NCBI GenBank assembly: GCA_965223335.1
Contig: OZ244991.1
Coordinates: 576,001 to 640,000 of the forward strand
Length of the DNA stretch: 64,000 nt
Source: Thermodesulfobacteriota bacterium
GTDB taxonomy: Bacteria; Desulfobacterota_D; UBA1144; Nemesobacterales; UBA2774
Direction of reading: 5' to 3'
Under the pieces are notes generated by a model. The model did no database searches. It was given only the letters and a program-made list of their open reading frames with translations, and was not told where the DNA came from. The position numbers were made by a program, and so were the translations under genes. Positions 8,898 through 18,913 of this stretch are shown one piece after another. Positions within the stretch are counted from its first letter, which is position 1. The number at the start of each line of letters is the position of its first letter.

Positions 8898-9662
8898 ATG
8901 GTCAGAAGAGAGCTAGAAAACGGCTGGTTGCTAATAAACCAGCACAACCACGGTAAGCTTGCAGGCACTATTATAGAACATTGGGGCAACCAATTATTCG
9001 AGGCCCCAGATCCCTTTGAAGAGGTCATCTATGCTGTTCGCGAGCACGATTCGGGCTGGCAACAGTGGGACAAGGCCCCCAAAATTTGCCAAGAGACCCA
9101 CTACCCCGCCAACTTCCTCGAGATGACCACAAGCGATCAGCGCGACATATGGTCCAGGTCGTTCTCCAACCACTCTAAACACGACTATGCATCGGCCCTA
9201 ATCGCTCTTCATTTCTCGAAATTCAACAAACGGTCGTTAACAAAGAACCCGAATGACCCAGTGTCCAAGGCACTTGAAAAAGAGATAAACGGTTTTGTAA
9301 GCGACAAACTTAGGAGCCTGTACGGTAACGGCGACGAACTGCCGCTCGATATGCAGATAAACCTAAAACTCGTCCAGGCCGCAGACATCATATCCCTTGC
9401 ACTCTGCCACGGTTGGAACTCAGTCGAGATAACAGATGTGCCCAAGAACTATAAAGGAGAATCGTCTGCCATAAGGCTTGTATCAGACGACAGCACCAAC
9501 TTTGTATTGGACCCCTACCCGTTTTGTAAAAGCCCCATACGGGTTTCAGTAACTGGAAAGATCTTGTTGCAAAAAACATTCGAGAGCGACGAGCAACTAC
9601 GCCTGTGCTACAAAAAGTCAAAGCCCAAAACCCTCGAGTTTACAATCCATAATGATTCATGA
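8898..9662 (+). CDS. DUF3891-like protein
   Basis: QHNHGKLAG..HWGN, EHDSGW, DIISLALC, DPYPF pattern recalled for DUF3891. Confidence 0.7.
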   Translation: MVRRELENGWLLINQHNHGKLAGTIIEHWGNQLFEAPDPFEEVIYAVREHDSGWQQWDKAPKICQETHYPANFLEMTTSDQRDIWSRSFSNHSKHDYASALIALHFSKFNKRSLTKNPNDPVSKALEKEINGFVSDKLRSLYGNGDELPLDMQINLKLVQAADIISLALCHGWNSVEITDVPKNYKGESSAIRLVSDDSTNFVLDPYPFCKSPIRVSVTGKILLQKTFESDEQLRLCYKKSKPKTLEFTIHNDS

Positions 9663-9680
9663 GATAATAGATGCTGACTC

Positions 9681-10958
9681 ATGAGAGCATTCGACGATAT
9701 TGACAAGCCTGATCCCGAGCTCATAAGAGACTGTGTACACTGCGGGTTTTGTTTGGCTACCTGCCCCACGTATCTCGTCACAGGCAATGAACTCGATTCG
9801 CCGCGCGGCAGGATCTATTTGATGAAATCCGCCCTAGAGGGTGAGGTGGCGATGGAAACGCCTCTAGTAAAACACCTCGAGCTCTGCCTGGGTTGCCTTG
9901 CATGCGAGACATCTTGTCCCTCGGGTGTGCAATACGGCACTTTAATCGAGAGTGCCAAATCCCAAATCCAAAGGCGCTATCAAAAACCGATGCCCGAGAG
10001 TTTTTACCATTCACTATTGTTTAGCATTTTCCCATATCCAAAACGACTCTCATTGCTGCTCCCGTTTCTTTATTTCTACCAAAAAACCGGGCTTAAAAAA
10101 CTGGTCGAATCATCAGGGTTACTCAAAAGAATCTCAAATAAATTCGCCGGCATGTCAGAGATACTCCCCGAAATAAAGAGTCCTACAACAAAGGCCCTGG
10201 CACACTACACACCTGCTGCAGGCAAAAGACGCTACAGCGTAGCGCTGCTAAGCGGTTGTGTGCAGAGCGTGCTGTTTCCCGAGACCAATCAAGCCACCGT
10301 CCGAGTACTGGCGCGTAACGGTTGCGATGTATATGTCCCTGAGACTCAAGGCTGTTGTGGTGCATTATCCATCCACTCAGGCAGGCTCGGGGAGGGAAGA
10401 AACTTTGCCAAACAAACTATAGATCTATTTTCCAAACTCGATGTGGATGCAGTCATCGTAAACTCGGCAGGGTGCGGTTCTACAATGAAAGAATACGAAA
10501 ACGTTCTAAAAGACGACCCTCAATATATAGAAAAAGCCCAGACGCTTAGCAATAAGACCAAGGACATTATGGAGTTTTTATCCGAGATAGGCCTCCCGAG
10601 CAAACCCGGCAGGTTAGAGCTAGAGGTCACTTATCAGGACGCGTGTCATATTGCTCACGGGCAACGCATAACTGAGCAGCCGAGAGAAGTCCTGGGCGAA
10701 ATCCCGGGACTTAAACTCGTCGAGATGGCGGAATCAGCCATATGCTGCGGGAGTGCAGGTATCTATAATCTAGTAGAGCCCGAGATGTCTCGGGAATTGC
10801 TCGATAGAAAAATAACAAATCTCGAGGATACGGGTGTCACCACGTTAACTGCTGGCAACCCTGGGTGTCTGTTGCAGATCAAAAAAGGCATAGATCAAAA
10901 AGGGCTTAAGATTGAGACCCTCCACCCCATCGAGCTACTCGACAGGGCCTATAAATAA
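9681..10958 (+). CDS. glcF: Glycolate oxidase iron-sulfur subunit
   Basis: CVHCGFCLATCP, CLGCLACETSCP, two CCG domains. Confidence 0.92.
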   Translation: MRAFDDIDKPDPELIRDCVHCGFCLATCPTYLVTGNELDSPRGRIYLMKSALEGEVAMETPLVKHLELCLGCLACETSCPSGVQYGTLIESAKSQIQRRYQKPMPESFYHSLLFSIFPYPKRLSLLLPFLYFYQKTGLKKLVESSGLLKRISNKFAGMSEILPEIKSPTTKALAHYTPAAGKRRYSVALLSGCVQSVLFPETNQATVRVLARNGCDVYVPETQGCCGALSIHSGRLGEGRNFAKQTIDLFSKLDVDAVIVNSAGCGSTMKEYENVLKDDPQYIEKAQTLSNKTKDIMEFLSEIGLPSKPGRLELEVTYQDACHIAHGQRITEQPREVLGEIPGLKLVEMAESAICCGSAGIYNLVEPEMSRELLDRKITNLEDTGVTTLTAGNPGCLLQIKKGIDQKGLKIETLHPIELLDRAYK

Positions 10959-11103
10959 CTGTTCATAAAGTATAGGTCATACCGTCACAACCTACATAAC
11001 TATCCGATATTATATCGAAATATTCACATCTATATATTTTAATTGGATCACTGCCGAACTCTAGGTATCTTTTAGTTAAACCAACCACAGGAGACTTAAC
11101 CAT

Positions 11104-11700
11104 ATGAAGCCTCTTTCCCCAGTTCTCTTCGCATTCTTTATCATATGCCTGGTTAGTTGCGACCAGATTGAAAACCTTACGTCCGCAGGGAGGGATCCCG
11201 ATCCGCTAATCAATGAGCAAGTCGTAGAATCGGTTAACTACAACCTCACAACGCCTGTATACGGAGTTCGGGTTGCAATTGACAACGCTGTGAGTGCAGG
11301 TACTTCCAGTATCCTAAACCTAATCGATAACCAGTCAACCAGTTTCCTAAACTGCCAGTTTGCAGAGGGTGCCGAGATCGGCAACATGGACTTTGAGCTT
11401 GCGGGGGGCAGAATCGTGTCACCGCTCTCGGAACTAAGAGTTTACGTTGTCCCAAGGGAGTTTGAATGTGATGCTGTTGGTCTCAGTGTATGCGCTGGGA
11501 TCCAGTTTGATGGGCTTGACGTTATAGTCATTTCCGAAGGCGGATTCTTTGATTGCGGCGACTTCCCCTTCTTGAAACATGAACTCGGCCACCGTTATGG
11601 TATGGAGCCCGACCACAGCAATCAATTCTTATACGATGCCTGCATAGAACCTCCCGACTGTTCATTGGAGGATATAATCAATATAGGCATAGGTGGATAA
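11104..11700 (+). CDS. Predicted lipoprotein with zincin HExxH motif
   Basis: AGGAG SD; signal peptide with lipobox LVSC; HELGH near C-terminus; several Cys. Confidence 0.65.
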   Translation: MKPLSPVLFAFFIICLVSCDQIENLTSAGRDPDPLINEQVVESVNYNLTTPVYGVRVAIDNAVSAGTSSILNLIDNQSTSFLNCQFAEGAEIGNMDFELAGGRIVSPLSELRVYVVPREFECDAVGLSVCAGIQFDGLDVIVISEGGFFDCGDFPFLKHELGHRYGMEPDHSNQFLYDACIEPPDCSLEDIINIGIGG

Positions 11701-11726
11701 TCCAAGTAAGCCAATGCTATGTTTCT

Positions 11727-12323
11727 TTAGGTTTGGTATTTATGACTATCCCTTAACACGAGCCTAAGCACTGTGTTAATTATTACTGTCAGCACTACTA
11801 AGAGTGCCACTGTGTATTTAAAAAACGACCTGGGCATTATGTAGTAGGACAGGTCGTACCGGTTATTTACCCATAAATTGTTATCGAACAGTAGAGGGTG
11901 AAAAACATCTCGCCAAAATGTGCCGAAAAAGGGCAGAACAAGCAGTAAACTGAGCACTACGGCTATATTAATTAATGCAAATTTTCTAACCCTGATCTTA
12001 TCGAATAGCACTATCAATAGAACAACAAAGATTAAACCCACAATCGCCATCCGATCAAACATCCACCTTACCTCAGTGAGGTGCAGGGTCTCTTTGTTGG
12101 TCCAATAGGATTTTAACTCACCCGTGTGCAAGAAAAATGCGTTTAGCTCCTCTATGCCTGTATGAGCTTTATCGTATCCAATGGTTGCACAACGGCCATG
12201 CCACCCACAGTTAATCTCAAACCAGTACGGGGTGTAAATGAGAAGTGTCATAGGGATATAAAAAGTCAGATACAAGAGCGAGAAAAACAACACAGTCCCT
12301 CTGACTTTTGTTAATATACCCAT
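11727..12323 (-). CDS. DUF1461/TIGR01906 membrane protein (lipoprotein intramolecular transacylase Lit-like)
   Basis: 4 TM; E-x2-HLTEVR and FHPLLFDNNLW motifs carrying the two conserved His. Confidence 0.7.
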   Translation of the reverse strand: MGILTKVRGTVLFFSLLYLTFYIPMTLLIYTPYWFEINCGWHGRCATIGYDKAHTGIEELNAFFLHTGELKSYWTNKETLHLTEVRWMFDRMAIVGLIFVVLLIVLFDKIRVRKFALINIAVVLSLLLVLPFFGTFWRDVFHPLLFDNNLWVNNRYDLSYYIMPRSFFKYTVALLVVLTVIINTVLRLVLRDSHKYQT

Positions 12324-12370
12324 GACATTGATAGACTATCGGAACTATTAGACTAAATCGAGCAGGGGCT

Positions 12371-13633
12371 TTATAGAGAGGGCGACTCGGAAACGTCCTG
12401 CTCCCCGACATCCAAGTTTTGGGCCTCGGTACCGGAAGCAAGAGCCTCGGGGGCCTGAGTAAAACGCAAAACCAAATAACCCAAAATCGCAGAGATGAAT
12501 GAGCCTATCAAAATGCCCAGACGCGATGCGTTTGCATAAAGCCCCACGTCCTCCTCAAACGCAAGTGTCGTTATAAATAGACTCATGGTGAATCCAATAC
12601 CGCAGAGAATCGATGCACCGTAAATAGCACTCCAATTTAGGTCCGACGACAGTTTTGCAAAACCCAATCTTACCGCTGCTTTTGCAAAACCAAACACACC
12701 GATCTGCTTACCTATCAGAAGCCCCAATGCTACCCCCAAGGGTACGGGTTCAAACAGAGAGGACAAAGACATCCCCCCAAGCGGCACTCCGGCATTTGCA
12801 AATGCAAAGATCGGCATTATACCAAACGCCACCCACGGGTGGAGCGTATGCTCGAGGTTTCTTAGCGGCGATGGTTCATCCTCGTATTTCGTACGCATGG
12901 GTATGGCAAACGCAAGGGCGACCCCGGCCAGCGTAGCATGCACCCCCGATTTAAGCACACAGATCCAAAGCACCACGCCCACAACTACATAGGCCGCAAT
13001 TCTTGTAACACCCAATATGTTCATCCCAAATAGCATTATGAGCGATATCCCTGCAAGTATAAGTGAGAGTAGAGATAGATGACCCGAGTAAAATAGAGCG
13101 ATAATGACTATAGCCCCTAGATCGTCAATAATAGCGAGTGTGAGTAAAAACAGTTTTAATGAGACTGGCACACGCCGTCCAAGCAGTGAAAGCACCCCGA
13201 GTGCAAAAGCAATATCGGTGGCAGCCGGTATAGCCCAGCCCCTCAGTGCTTCCATGTCCCCGGCATTTAGAGCTACGTAGATTAACGCGGGGACCAGCAT
13301 ACCGCCTATTGCAGCAATACCCGGCAATGCGAGTTGCGAGAGGCTTGAGAGCTGGCCATCTAGAATCTCACGCTTAACCTCAAGGCCTATTAACAAAAAG
13401 AATATTGCCATCAAGCCGTCGTTTATCCAAAGCAATAGAGGCTTAGCAATCTCAAGCGCCCCCACCCTGACCTCTACAGGGGTCTCTAACAGCAGGTTAT
13501 AGATATATGATAGCGGGCTGTTTGATAAAATAAGCGCAAGAACCGCGGTTAATACCAGTATTATTCCGCTCGCGGATTCGAGTTTTAAAAACTCCTTTAT
13601 AGCTTCATAGGGCCTAGCAGACCTTACAATCAT
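12371..13633 (-). CDS. nhaA: Na+/H+ antiporter NhaA
   Basis: WINDGLM, GLEVKRE, ATDIAF, IIDDLG, GIGFTMS. Confidence 0.96.
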   Translation of the reverse strand: MIVRSARPYEAIKEFLKLESASGIILVLTAVLALILSNSPLSYIYNLLLETPVEVRVGALEIAKPLLLWINDGLMAIFFLLIGLEVKREILDGQLSSLSQLALPGIAAIGGMLVPALIYVALNAGDMEALRGWAIPAATDIAFALGVLSLLGRRVPVSLKLFLLTLAIIDDLGAIVIIALFYSGHLSLLSLILAGISLIMLFGMNILGVTRIAAYVVVGVVLWICVLKSGVHATLAGVALAFAIPMRTKYEDEPSPLRNLEHTLHPWVAFGIMPIFAFANAGVPLGGMSLSSLFEPVPLGVALGLLIGKQIGVFGFAKAAVRLGFAKLSSDLNWSAIYGASILCGIGFTMSLFITTLAFEEDVGLYANASRLGILIGSFISAILGYLVLRFTQAPEALASGTEAQNLDVGEQDVSESPSL

Positions 13634-13867
13634 AAAATTCGAGTCCTATGTTGTTTAGATAACTCTAAATATTTGCCAGTATCGTAATGCTCCGAGTACC
13701 CGCTAAACAGCAACGATACACTCTACCGGACTAAACGGCTATGATTATACGATAAACGCTTTATTTTATCAAAGACGAGCTTGTGTCCCGGAGTTTTTGT
13801 GCCAGTTTCTATCATGTGTTAATATCCATGAAACAACACTGTACAAAAACTAAACCCAGAGCACCTT

Positions 13868-14953
13868 ATGGAAATAGGCTACTTCACAATGCCGCTACAC
13901 CCGGCCGGTTCCGATCTAACCCAAACACTGGACGACGACCTCGAGCAGTTGATCCACTTGGACAAACTAGGGTTTAAAGAGGCCTGGATAGGTGAGCATT
14001 TCACCGCAGGTTGGGAAAATATACCAGCCCCCGACCTCCTCATCGCAAAGGCAATCCCTCTTACCAAACAGATCCTTTTGGGCACGGGGGTCTCATGCCT
14101 ACCCAACCACCACCCCTTTGTCCTAGCCCACCGCATAGCAATACTAGACCATCTTGCCAAAGGCCGCTTCCAATGGGGAGTAGGCGCAGGGAGCTTTATC
14201 GGGGACTTCGATGCATTCGAGATAGACCCCAAGGTCGGTGAGCATAGGGAGCTAACCTCAGAAGCTCTGGATTTTATAATAAACCTTTGGAACAACCCCA
14301 CTCCAGGGCTATATGAAAACAAGCGGTGGAGGTTTAAAGTACCCGTACCCCAAGACGATGTGGCTCTCGGCGTACACACCAAACCATATCAAAAACCACA
14401 CCCCCCGATTGCCGTTGCCGGCATCACCGAGAGCTCGGGAACCCTAAAGATAGCGGGAGCCAAAGGCTGGATCCCGATGAGCATTAACTTCGTCACAAAG
14501 GACGTGCTAAAAACTCATTGGGACTCAGTAGAAGAGGGGGCAAAAACCAACGGACTCACACCCGATCGGTCACAGTGGAGAATAGCAAGGGACATCTATG
14601 TAGCAGAGACCACAGAGGAGGCCCGTGCCGCCGTGAAAGAGGGCACATTGGCCAGGGATTTCACAGATTACTTCTTTAAAATGGTCCCAAAAATAAGGGG
14701 CAATCTCGATATTTTTAAGACTGATAAGGCTATGAGCGACCACGATGTCACACCGGATTATATGCTTGACAACCTATGGATTGCCGGCAGTCCCAAGGAT
14801 GTAACAGAGCAAATCAAAGAGCTCTACAACCATGTGGGCGGATTCGGGGTACTTTTAGCCATGGGACACGAATGGAGGCCCAAAGACAAGTGGATGCGGT
14901 CGATGGAACTGCTTGCCACCGAGGTTATGCCCGCTCTAAAAGACCTAAACTAA
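13868..14953 (+). CDS. Luciferase-like (LLM) flavin-dependent monooxygenase
   Basis: FTMPLHP, EAWIGEH, LGTGV, LDHLAKGR, KPYQKPHPPI, ELLATEVMP. Confidence 0.9.
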   Translation: MEIGYFTMPLHPAGSDLTQTLDDDLEQLIHLDKLGFKEAWIGEHFTAGWENIPAPDLLIAKAIPLTKQILLGTGVSCLPNHHPFVLAHRIAILDHLAKGRFQWGVGAGSFIGDFDAFEIDPKVGEHRELTSEALDFIINLWNNPTPGLYENKRWRFKVPVPQDDVALGVHTKPYQKPHPPIAVAGITESSGTLKIAGAKGWIPMSINFVTKDVLKTHWDSVEEGAKTNGLTPDRSQWRIARDIYVAETTEEARAAVKEGTLARDFTDYFFKMVPKIRGNLDIFKTDKAMSDHDVTPDYMLDNLWIAGSPKDVTEQIKELYNHVGGFGVLLAMGHEWRPKDKWMRSMELLATEVMPALKDLN

Positions 14954-15017
14954 AAAATGAATGGATAACTATCTATGACTTATCTGCCAACATTATTTAG
15001 TCCTATCATATAGCAAC

Positions 15018-15034
15018 AAGACCCCCGTCTTTTT
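15018..15034 (+). terminator. Weak possible intrinsic terminator after LLM gene
   Basis: AAGAC-CCCC-GTCTT followed by T run; short stem. Confidence 0.25.
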
Positions 15035-15042
15035 ATAACTCG

Positions 15043-15071
15043 TTGCAATTAATAGAGAAATCTCATAAATT
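15043..15071 (+). promoter_or_regulatory. Putative sigma70 promoter of EamA gene
   Basis: TTGCAA-17 nt-TAAATT, 12 nt before ATG 15084. Confidence 0.45.
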
Positions 15072-15083
15072 ACGACAGGTCAT

Positions 15084-15995
15084 ATGAGCTGGACAAAACA
15101 CACAAACAGATATCTGTGGTTGATAGTAATCTCGGGGATCCTCTCGGGCACCATCACCCCCGGGGGCCAATACTTGATCGGGGAGGGCCTATCTCTTTTC
15201 GAGGTCTCGCTCTACCGTAGCCTATTTATAGGTTTAATCCTCTTGCCTGTGCTCTTGGTTTACCGGCAATACATGATCAAAAAACGGATGGTTCTGTTTT
15301 TTACCGTGTACGGGCTCATCGGTGCGCTCCTGGAGTTGTTTATGTTCGGGGGGCTTGCGCTGGGTGTGCCGGTAGCAGTGGTGGTGCTTTTGCTATACAC
15401 ACAGCCCATATGGACAATTATCTTTGGGAGTCTTTTTTTCCACGAAAGAATCACTCCTAAGAAAATCGTATCTGTTCTGCTCGGTGTCGTGGGTGTAGCC
15501 ATTTTGCTAAATTCTTGGGGAGCTCAATCGGAGTTCTCGGTACTCGGTATAGGGTGTGCACTGCTAAGCGGTGTGTTCCTATCTCTATGGATAATATGGG
15601 GAAAACTAAGCACTGTATACAACCAGCATTACATCACTACGTCTTTTGGGTGGACTGCGTTTGCCACTTTGTGGCTGGTGATAATATGGCTTGTGATCTC
15701 GCCTTGGGTAGGGAATGACAGTTTTTTTAAGTTCTCAGCAGATTTCGGGGTTAGGGTATGGGTCATTATTCTTATTTTTGCGTCGCTCGGGGGAGTAGTG
15801 CCGTTTTTACTATTTTTCAAGGGCATAGAGCGCGTTGCAGCCTCCACTGCAGGTGTAATAATGTTACTCGAACCTCTTAGCGCCACAGTAATTGCCTCTA
15901 TGATGTTCAATCAGCCCATAACCCTGCATACGGTTTTAGGTGGGGCATTGATCCTTCTATCCAACTATTTTGTAATCGATAGCAACAACAGCTGA
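15084..15995 (+). CDS. DMT/EamA-family transporter
   Basis: ~10 TM in two repeats; LLYTQP, HERIT, LLEP motifs. Confidence 0.88.
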   Translation: MSWTKHTNRYLWLIVISGILSGTITPGGQYLIGEGLSLFEVSLYRSLFIGLILLPVLLVYRQYMIKKRMVLFFTVYGLIGALLELFMFGGLALGVPVAVVVLLLYTQPIWTIIFGSLFFHERITPKKIVSVLLGVVGVAILLNSWGAQSEFSVLGIGCALLSGVFLSLWIIWGKLSTVYNQHYITTSFGWTAFATLWLVIIWLVISPWVGNDSFFKFSADFGVRVWVIILIFASLGGVVPFLLFFKGIERVAASTAGVIMLLEPLSATVIASMMFNQPITLHTVLGGALILLSNYFVIDSNNS

Positions 15996-16037
15996 GTCCC
16001 GGGGACAGGTTCGGTCAAAAAAAATCGGTGTCTATGT

Positions 16038-16478
16038 TTATTCGCTTGGGGTCTCTGAGAGAGGGGCTTGGGTAGCGCTCTCATCCACCGGCAGGACTTT
16101 GTTAATCGAATTGCTCTCAATAACAGTAAGACCGTTCATGTTCAATATAACTTCGAACAATTTGAGCACGTCCTCTTTTTTCATCCCGCCCTCCGGTGTG
16201 ATGATGGTTACCTGTTTTGATTTTACATCCTGGTGTATCAGATAGGTCTCGTCAGTAATCTCACTTACGGCTTTGATCAGGTCGATAATATCCATCTCGC
16301 TCTGTAAAAATATGATGCTGTCATCCCTTATCTCGTAAGTCTTGGCTCTCTTTGTACTCGAGCCTCCCTCGTCATCCTGCGCACGTGCCCCACCCGCAAC
16401 AAAACAGCTTACAGACACCAAGACCACAAAAACCAAAATCACTCTAGAGACAATTGTATTTGTTATCGTGAGGCTCAT
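16038..16478 (-). CDS. Secreted protein resembling the N0 domain of GspD-type secretins
   Basis: Signal peptide (ARA/Q); DIIDLIKAVSEITDETYLIHQDVKSKQVTII...FEVILNMNGLTVI..KVLP matches the GspD N0 pattern. Confidence 0.6.
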   Translation of the reverse strand: MSLTITNTIVSRVILVFVVLVSVSCFVAGGARAQDDEGGSSTKRAKTYEIRDDSIIFLQSEMDIIDLIKAVSEITDETYLIHQDVKSKQVTIITPEGGMKKEDVLKLFEVILNMNGLTVIESNSINKVLPVDESATQAPLSETPSE

Positions 16479-16495
16479 CTCGTTTATCCCCTAAA

Positions 16496-17470
16496 TCATA
16501 CATTCTGATCATGCTTAATATTGTTAATCCTCTCCTTTCTCCTACGTTTCCTATCCTCAGCCTTCTTCCAGAGCCTTATCTCCTCGGGGGTCTCGGGTCT
16601 AAACTCAGGCACCGGTTTCGGGTGGCCCCTATCGTCTAGGCTCACATAGGTCAGGAACGCCGTACATGTGTGTCTCTGCTCCCCGGTCATAACATCCTCA
16701 GAGAGCACTTTAATAGCTACTTCGAGTGAGGTGTTACCCACATAAACAATACCGGCTTTAAAAATAATGATATCCCCCACCATAATTGGGGAATAAAAGT
16801 AAAGATCGTCCAAAGAGCCCGTAACTATCACATCCCTTACAAATCTCATGGCTAATATTGCTGCGGTCTCGTCTATATCCAACATCAGTTTTCCCACAGA
16901 CATAAACTTGCCGTAAAACGCGTCCTCGGGCAGCACCACTTTTGTGGTCTCAAGCCTCTTTCTTACTATCTCTGTCTCGTCGATAGTGTTTCGAGCCTGA
17001 TCATCCCTCTTTTCAATCTTGGGCATACGCAGCTCGCGCCTTTTTTTGGCTGCCGCATACATCACCATCTCGTCGTTATCCTGGGGGGTGATGGTCTCTG
17101 TCAGCTCTCGGGTCTCTCCGTTTTCATCAACAGCGATAAACGCCAGGTGCGAGACGGTAGTAAGTTTTTTCTCGCCACTCTGAGGGTTCTCGGAATGCAC
17201 CTTAACCCCTAGGTCCATCGAGCTCTTGCCTATGTATTCGACCCAACTATCCAGCACAACTATCTCGCCCGATGACACCGGGTTTAGAAAATCGATGCTG
17301 TCCGTAGTGCCCAGCACTGTAATACCTTTTGCGATTTTAGCGGAATTTATTGTGCCTGCGAGCATTATCCAGTCCATCAAACGACCCCCATGCAGTGTGC
17401 CGTGGGTATTTGTGTGCTCAGGGGATACGAGCTGTACCATCTGGTTTGTTGTATCTTTTATCGATAGCAT
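16496..17470 (-). CDS. Tandem hotdog acyl-CoA thioesterase
   Basis: Two hotdog repeats (NTHGTLHGG..., DETAA), FLNPV/FYSPI, VGNTSLEV. Confidence 0.88.
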   Translation of the reverse strand: MLSIKDTTNQMVQLVSPEHTNTHGTLHGGRLMDWIMLAGTINSAKIAKGITVLGTTDSIDFLNPVSSGEIVVLDSWVEYIGKSSMDLGVKVHSENPQSGEKKLTTVSHLAFIAVDENGETRELTETITPQDNDEMVMYAAAKKRRELRMPKIEKRDDQARNTIDETEIVRKRLETTKVVLPEDAFYGKFMSVGKLMLDIDETAAILAMRFVRDVIVTGSLDDLYFYSPIMVGDIIIFKAGIVYVGNTSLEVAIKVLSEDVMTGEQRHTCTAFLTYVSLDDRGHPKPVPEFRPETPEEIRLWKKAEDRKRRRKERINNIKHDQNV

Positions 17471-17487
17471 TTTATACGTAGCCTAAT

Positions 17488-18309
17488 TCAATCCTGGTCT
17501 TTATACAAATGAACATCCCTTTGAGGAAACGGAATCGTAATACCGTTTTGATCAAGAGTGGTTTTAATCTTCTCGGTTATCTCATATTTTACATCCAAGT
17601 AATCAGTGGTCTTTACCCAGGGCCTCACAAATATATTCACACTGCTGTCGGCAAGCTCACCCACCAAAATAGCAGTTTCGGGCTCCCGAAGCACCCTGTT
17701 GTCTGATTCCAAGACACCCCTTATTACAGATCTTGCCCGTGTAATATCGTCCTCGTAGCTGATCCCGATTACCAAGTCGATTCTCCTTGTATCGTTTGAA
17801 GAGTAGTTAATTATTACGTCTGAGTACAAGAGTCCGTTAGGCACGATGATCTCTCTGTTGTCAGGCGTTATTATGGTAGTGCTGAATATGCTTACAGTCT
17901 CGACAAAACCCTTTACCCCCGCAGTTTCAACAATATCGCCCTCTTTAAAGGGCTGGAGTAATATCAACATTACACCGTTTGCAAAGTTAGCAAGCGAGTC
18001 CTTAAGAGCAAGCCCTACGGCTAGACCCGCTGCACCGAATATTGCCACCGCATAAGTCGTGTCTATACCAAGACGGCTAAGCGCGGCGATAATCACAAAG
18101 AAAATTAAGAGGATGTATACGATAGTGCCGACAAAATTAACGATAATCCTGTCAAAATTCATGCTCTGCATGATTCTTTTTGAGACCCTGACGAGTAATT
18201 TTGAGATAAATCTACCGACGATAAATATCAGTATCGCAAGCCCGATATTGATGGACCAAGGAATAGCATATGTAGATATTAGATTGTTTATATCAATATG
18301 TTCCAGCAT
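17488..18309 (-). CDS. mscS: Small-conductance mechanosensitive channel
   Basis: GAAGLAVGLAL, PFKEGD, VPNG, IPFPQRDVH. Confidence 0.92.
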   Translation of the reverse strand: MLEHIDINNLISTYAIPWSINIGLAILIFIVGRFISKLLVRVSKRIMQSMNFDRIIVNFVGTIVYILLIFFVIIAALSRLGIDTTYAVAIFGAAGLAVGLALKDSLANFANGVMLILLQPFKEGDIVETAGVKGFVETVSIFSTTIITPDNREIIVPNGLLYSDVIINYSSNDTRRIDLVIGISYEDDITRARSVIRGVLESDNRVLREPETAILVGELADSSVNIFVRPWVKTTDYLDVKYEITEKIKTTLDQNGITIPFPQRDVHLYKDQD

Positions 18310-18682
18310 GACGTCAGATACCCAAAACTATTATAATCCGCAGACAATAAAAATTACACAAAACCCTCCTAATCTCAATTAAATATGTAAAATACATGGT
18401 GGCGTTTAATACATAGGAAATTCACTAACACCACTAGAGGATCATACCGAGCGGACAACAATTGCAAAAATATCTATTTATTTCAAACAGTTGCCTGTGT
18501 AGTCACTAGCAGTTAACGCTGATGATGGACTGAATAATAGTAACGATAATGGGTAAATATAAGCACATCGTTCTTACAATATTTGTCATAACTAAAATAG
18601 ATCCTTGTGAAAATAGGTCCTTTGGATGAAATAATTAGGTTATAACAGAGGTTTACGTCACTATGTGTGCAAGAAAGCTATT

Positions 18683-18697
18683 TGGCATGCTTTTTGT
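18683..18697 (+). promoter_or_regulatory. Candidate sigma54 -24/-12 promoter
   Basis: TGGCATG-CTTT-TTGT vs consensus TGGCACG-N4-TTGC; correct spacing, but -12 is GT rather than GC. Confidence 0.4.
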
Positions 18698-18913
18698 CTA
18701 TAAACAGCTATATAGAGGTGTGATTTAATTATCCGACAAGATTGTTAAATCTAATAATTTTAAAGAGTTACATAGTTAACAAATTGTTTACCGGAGCACC
18801 TGCTTGTTGATTGAAGAACATAAACAAGCTATGTATATGTATTAAAATGTAGAGTGAACTTAATGCTAAATGGTTCAGTATTTGCAAATTATTAGGGAAT
18901 CAAAGGATAAGAA

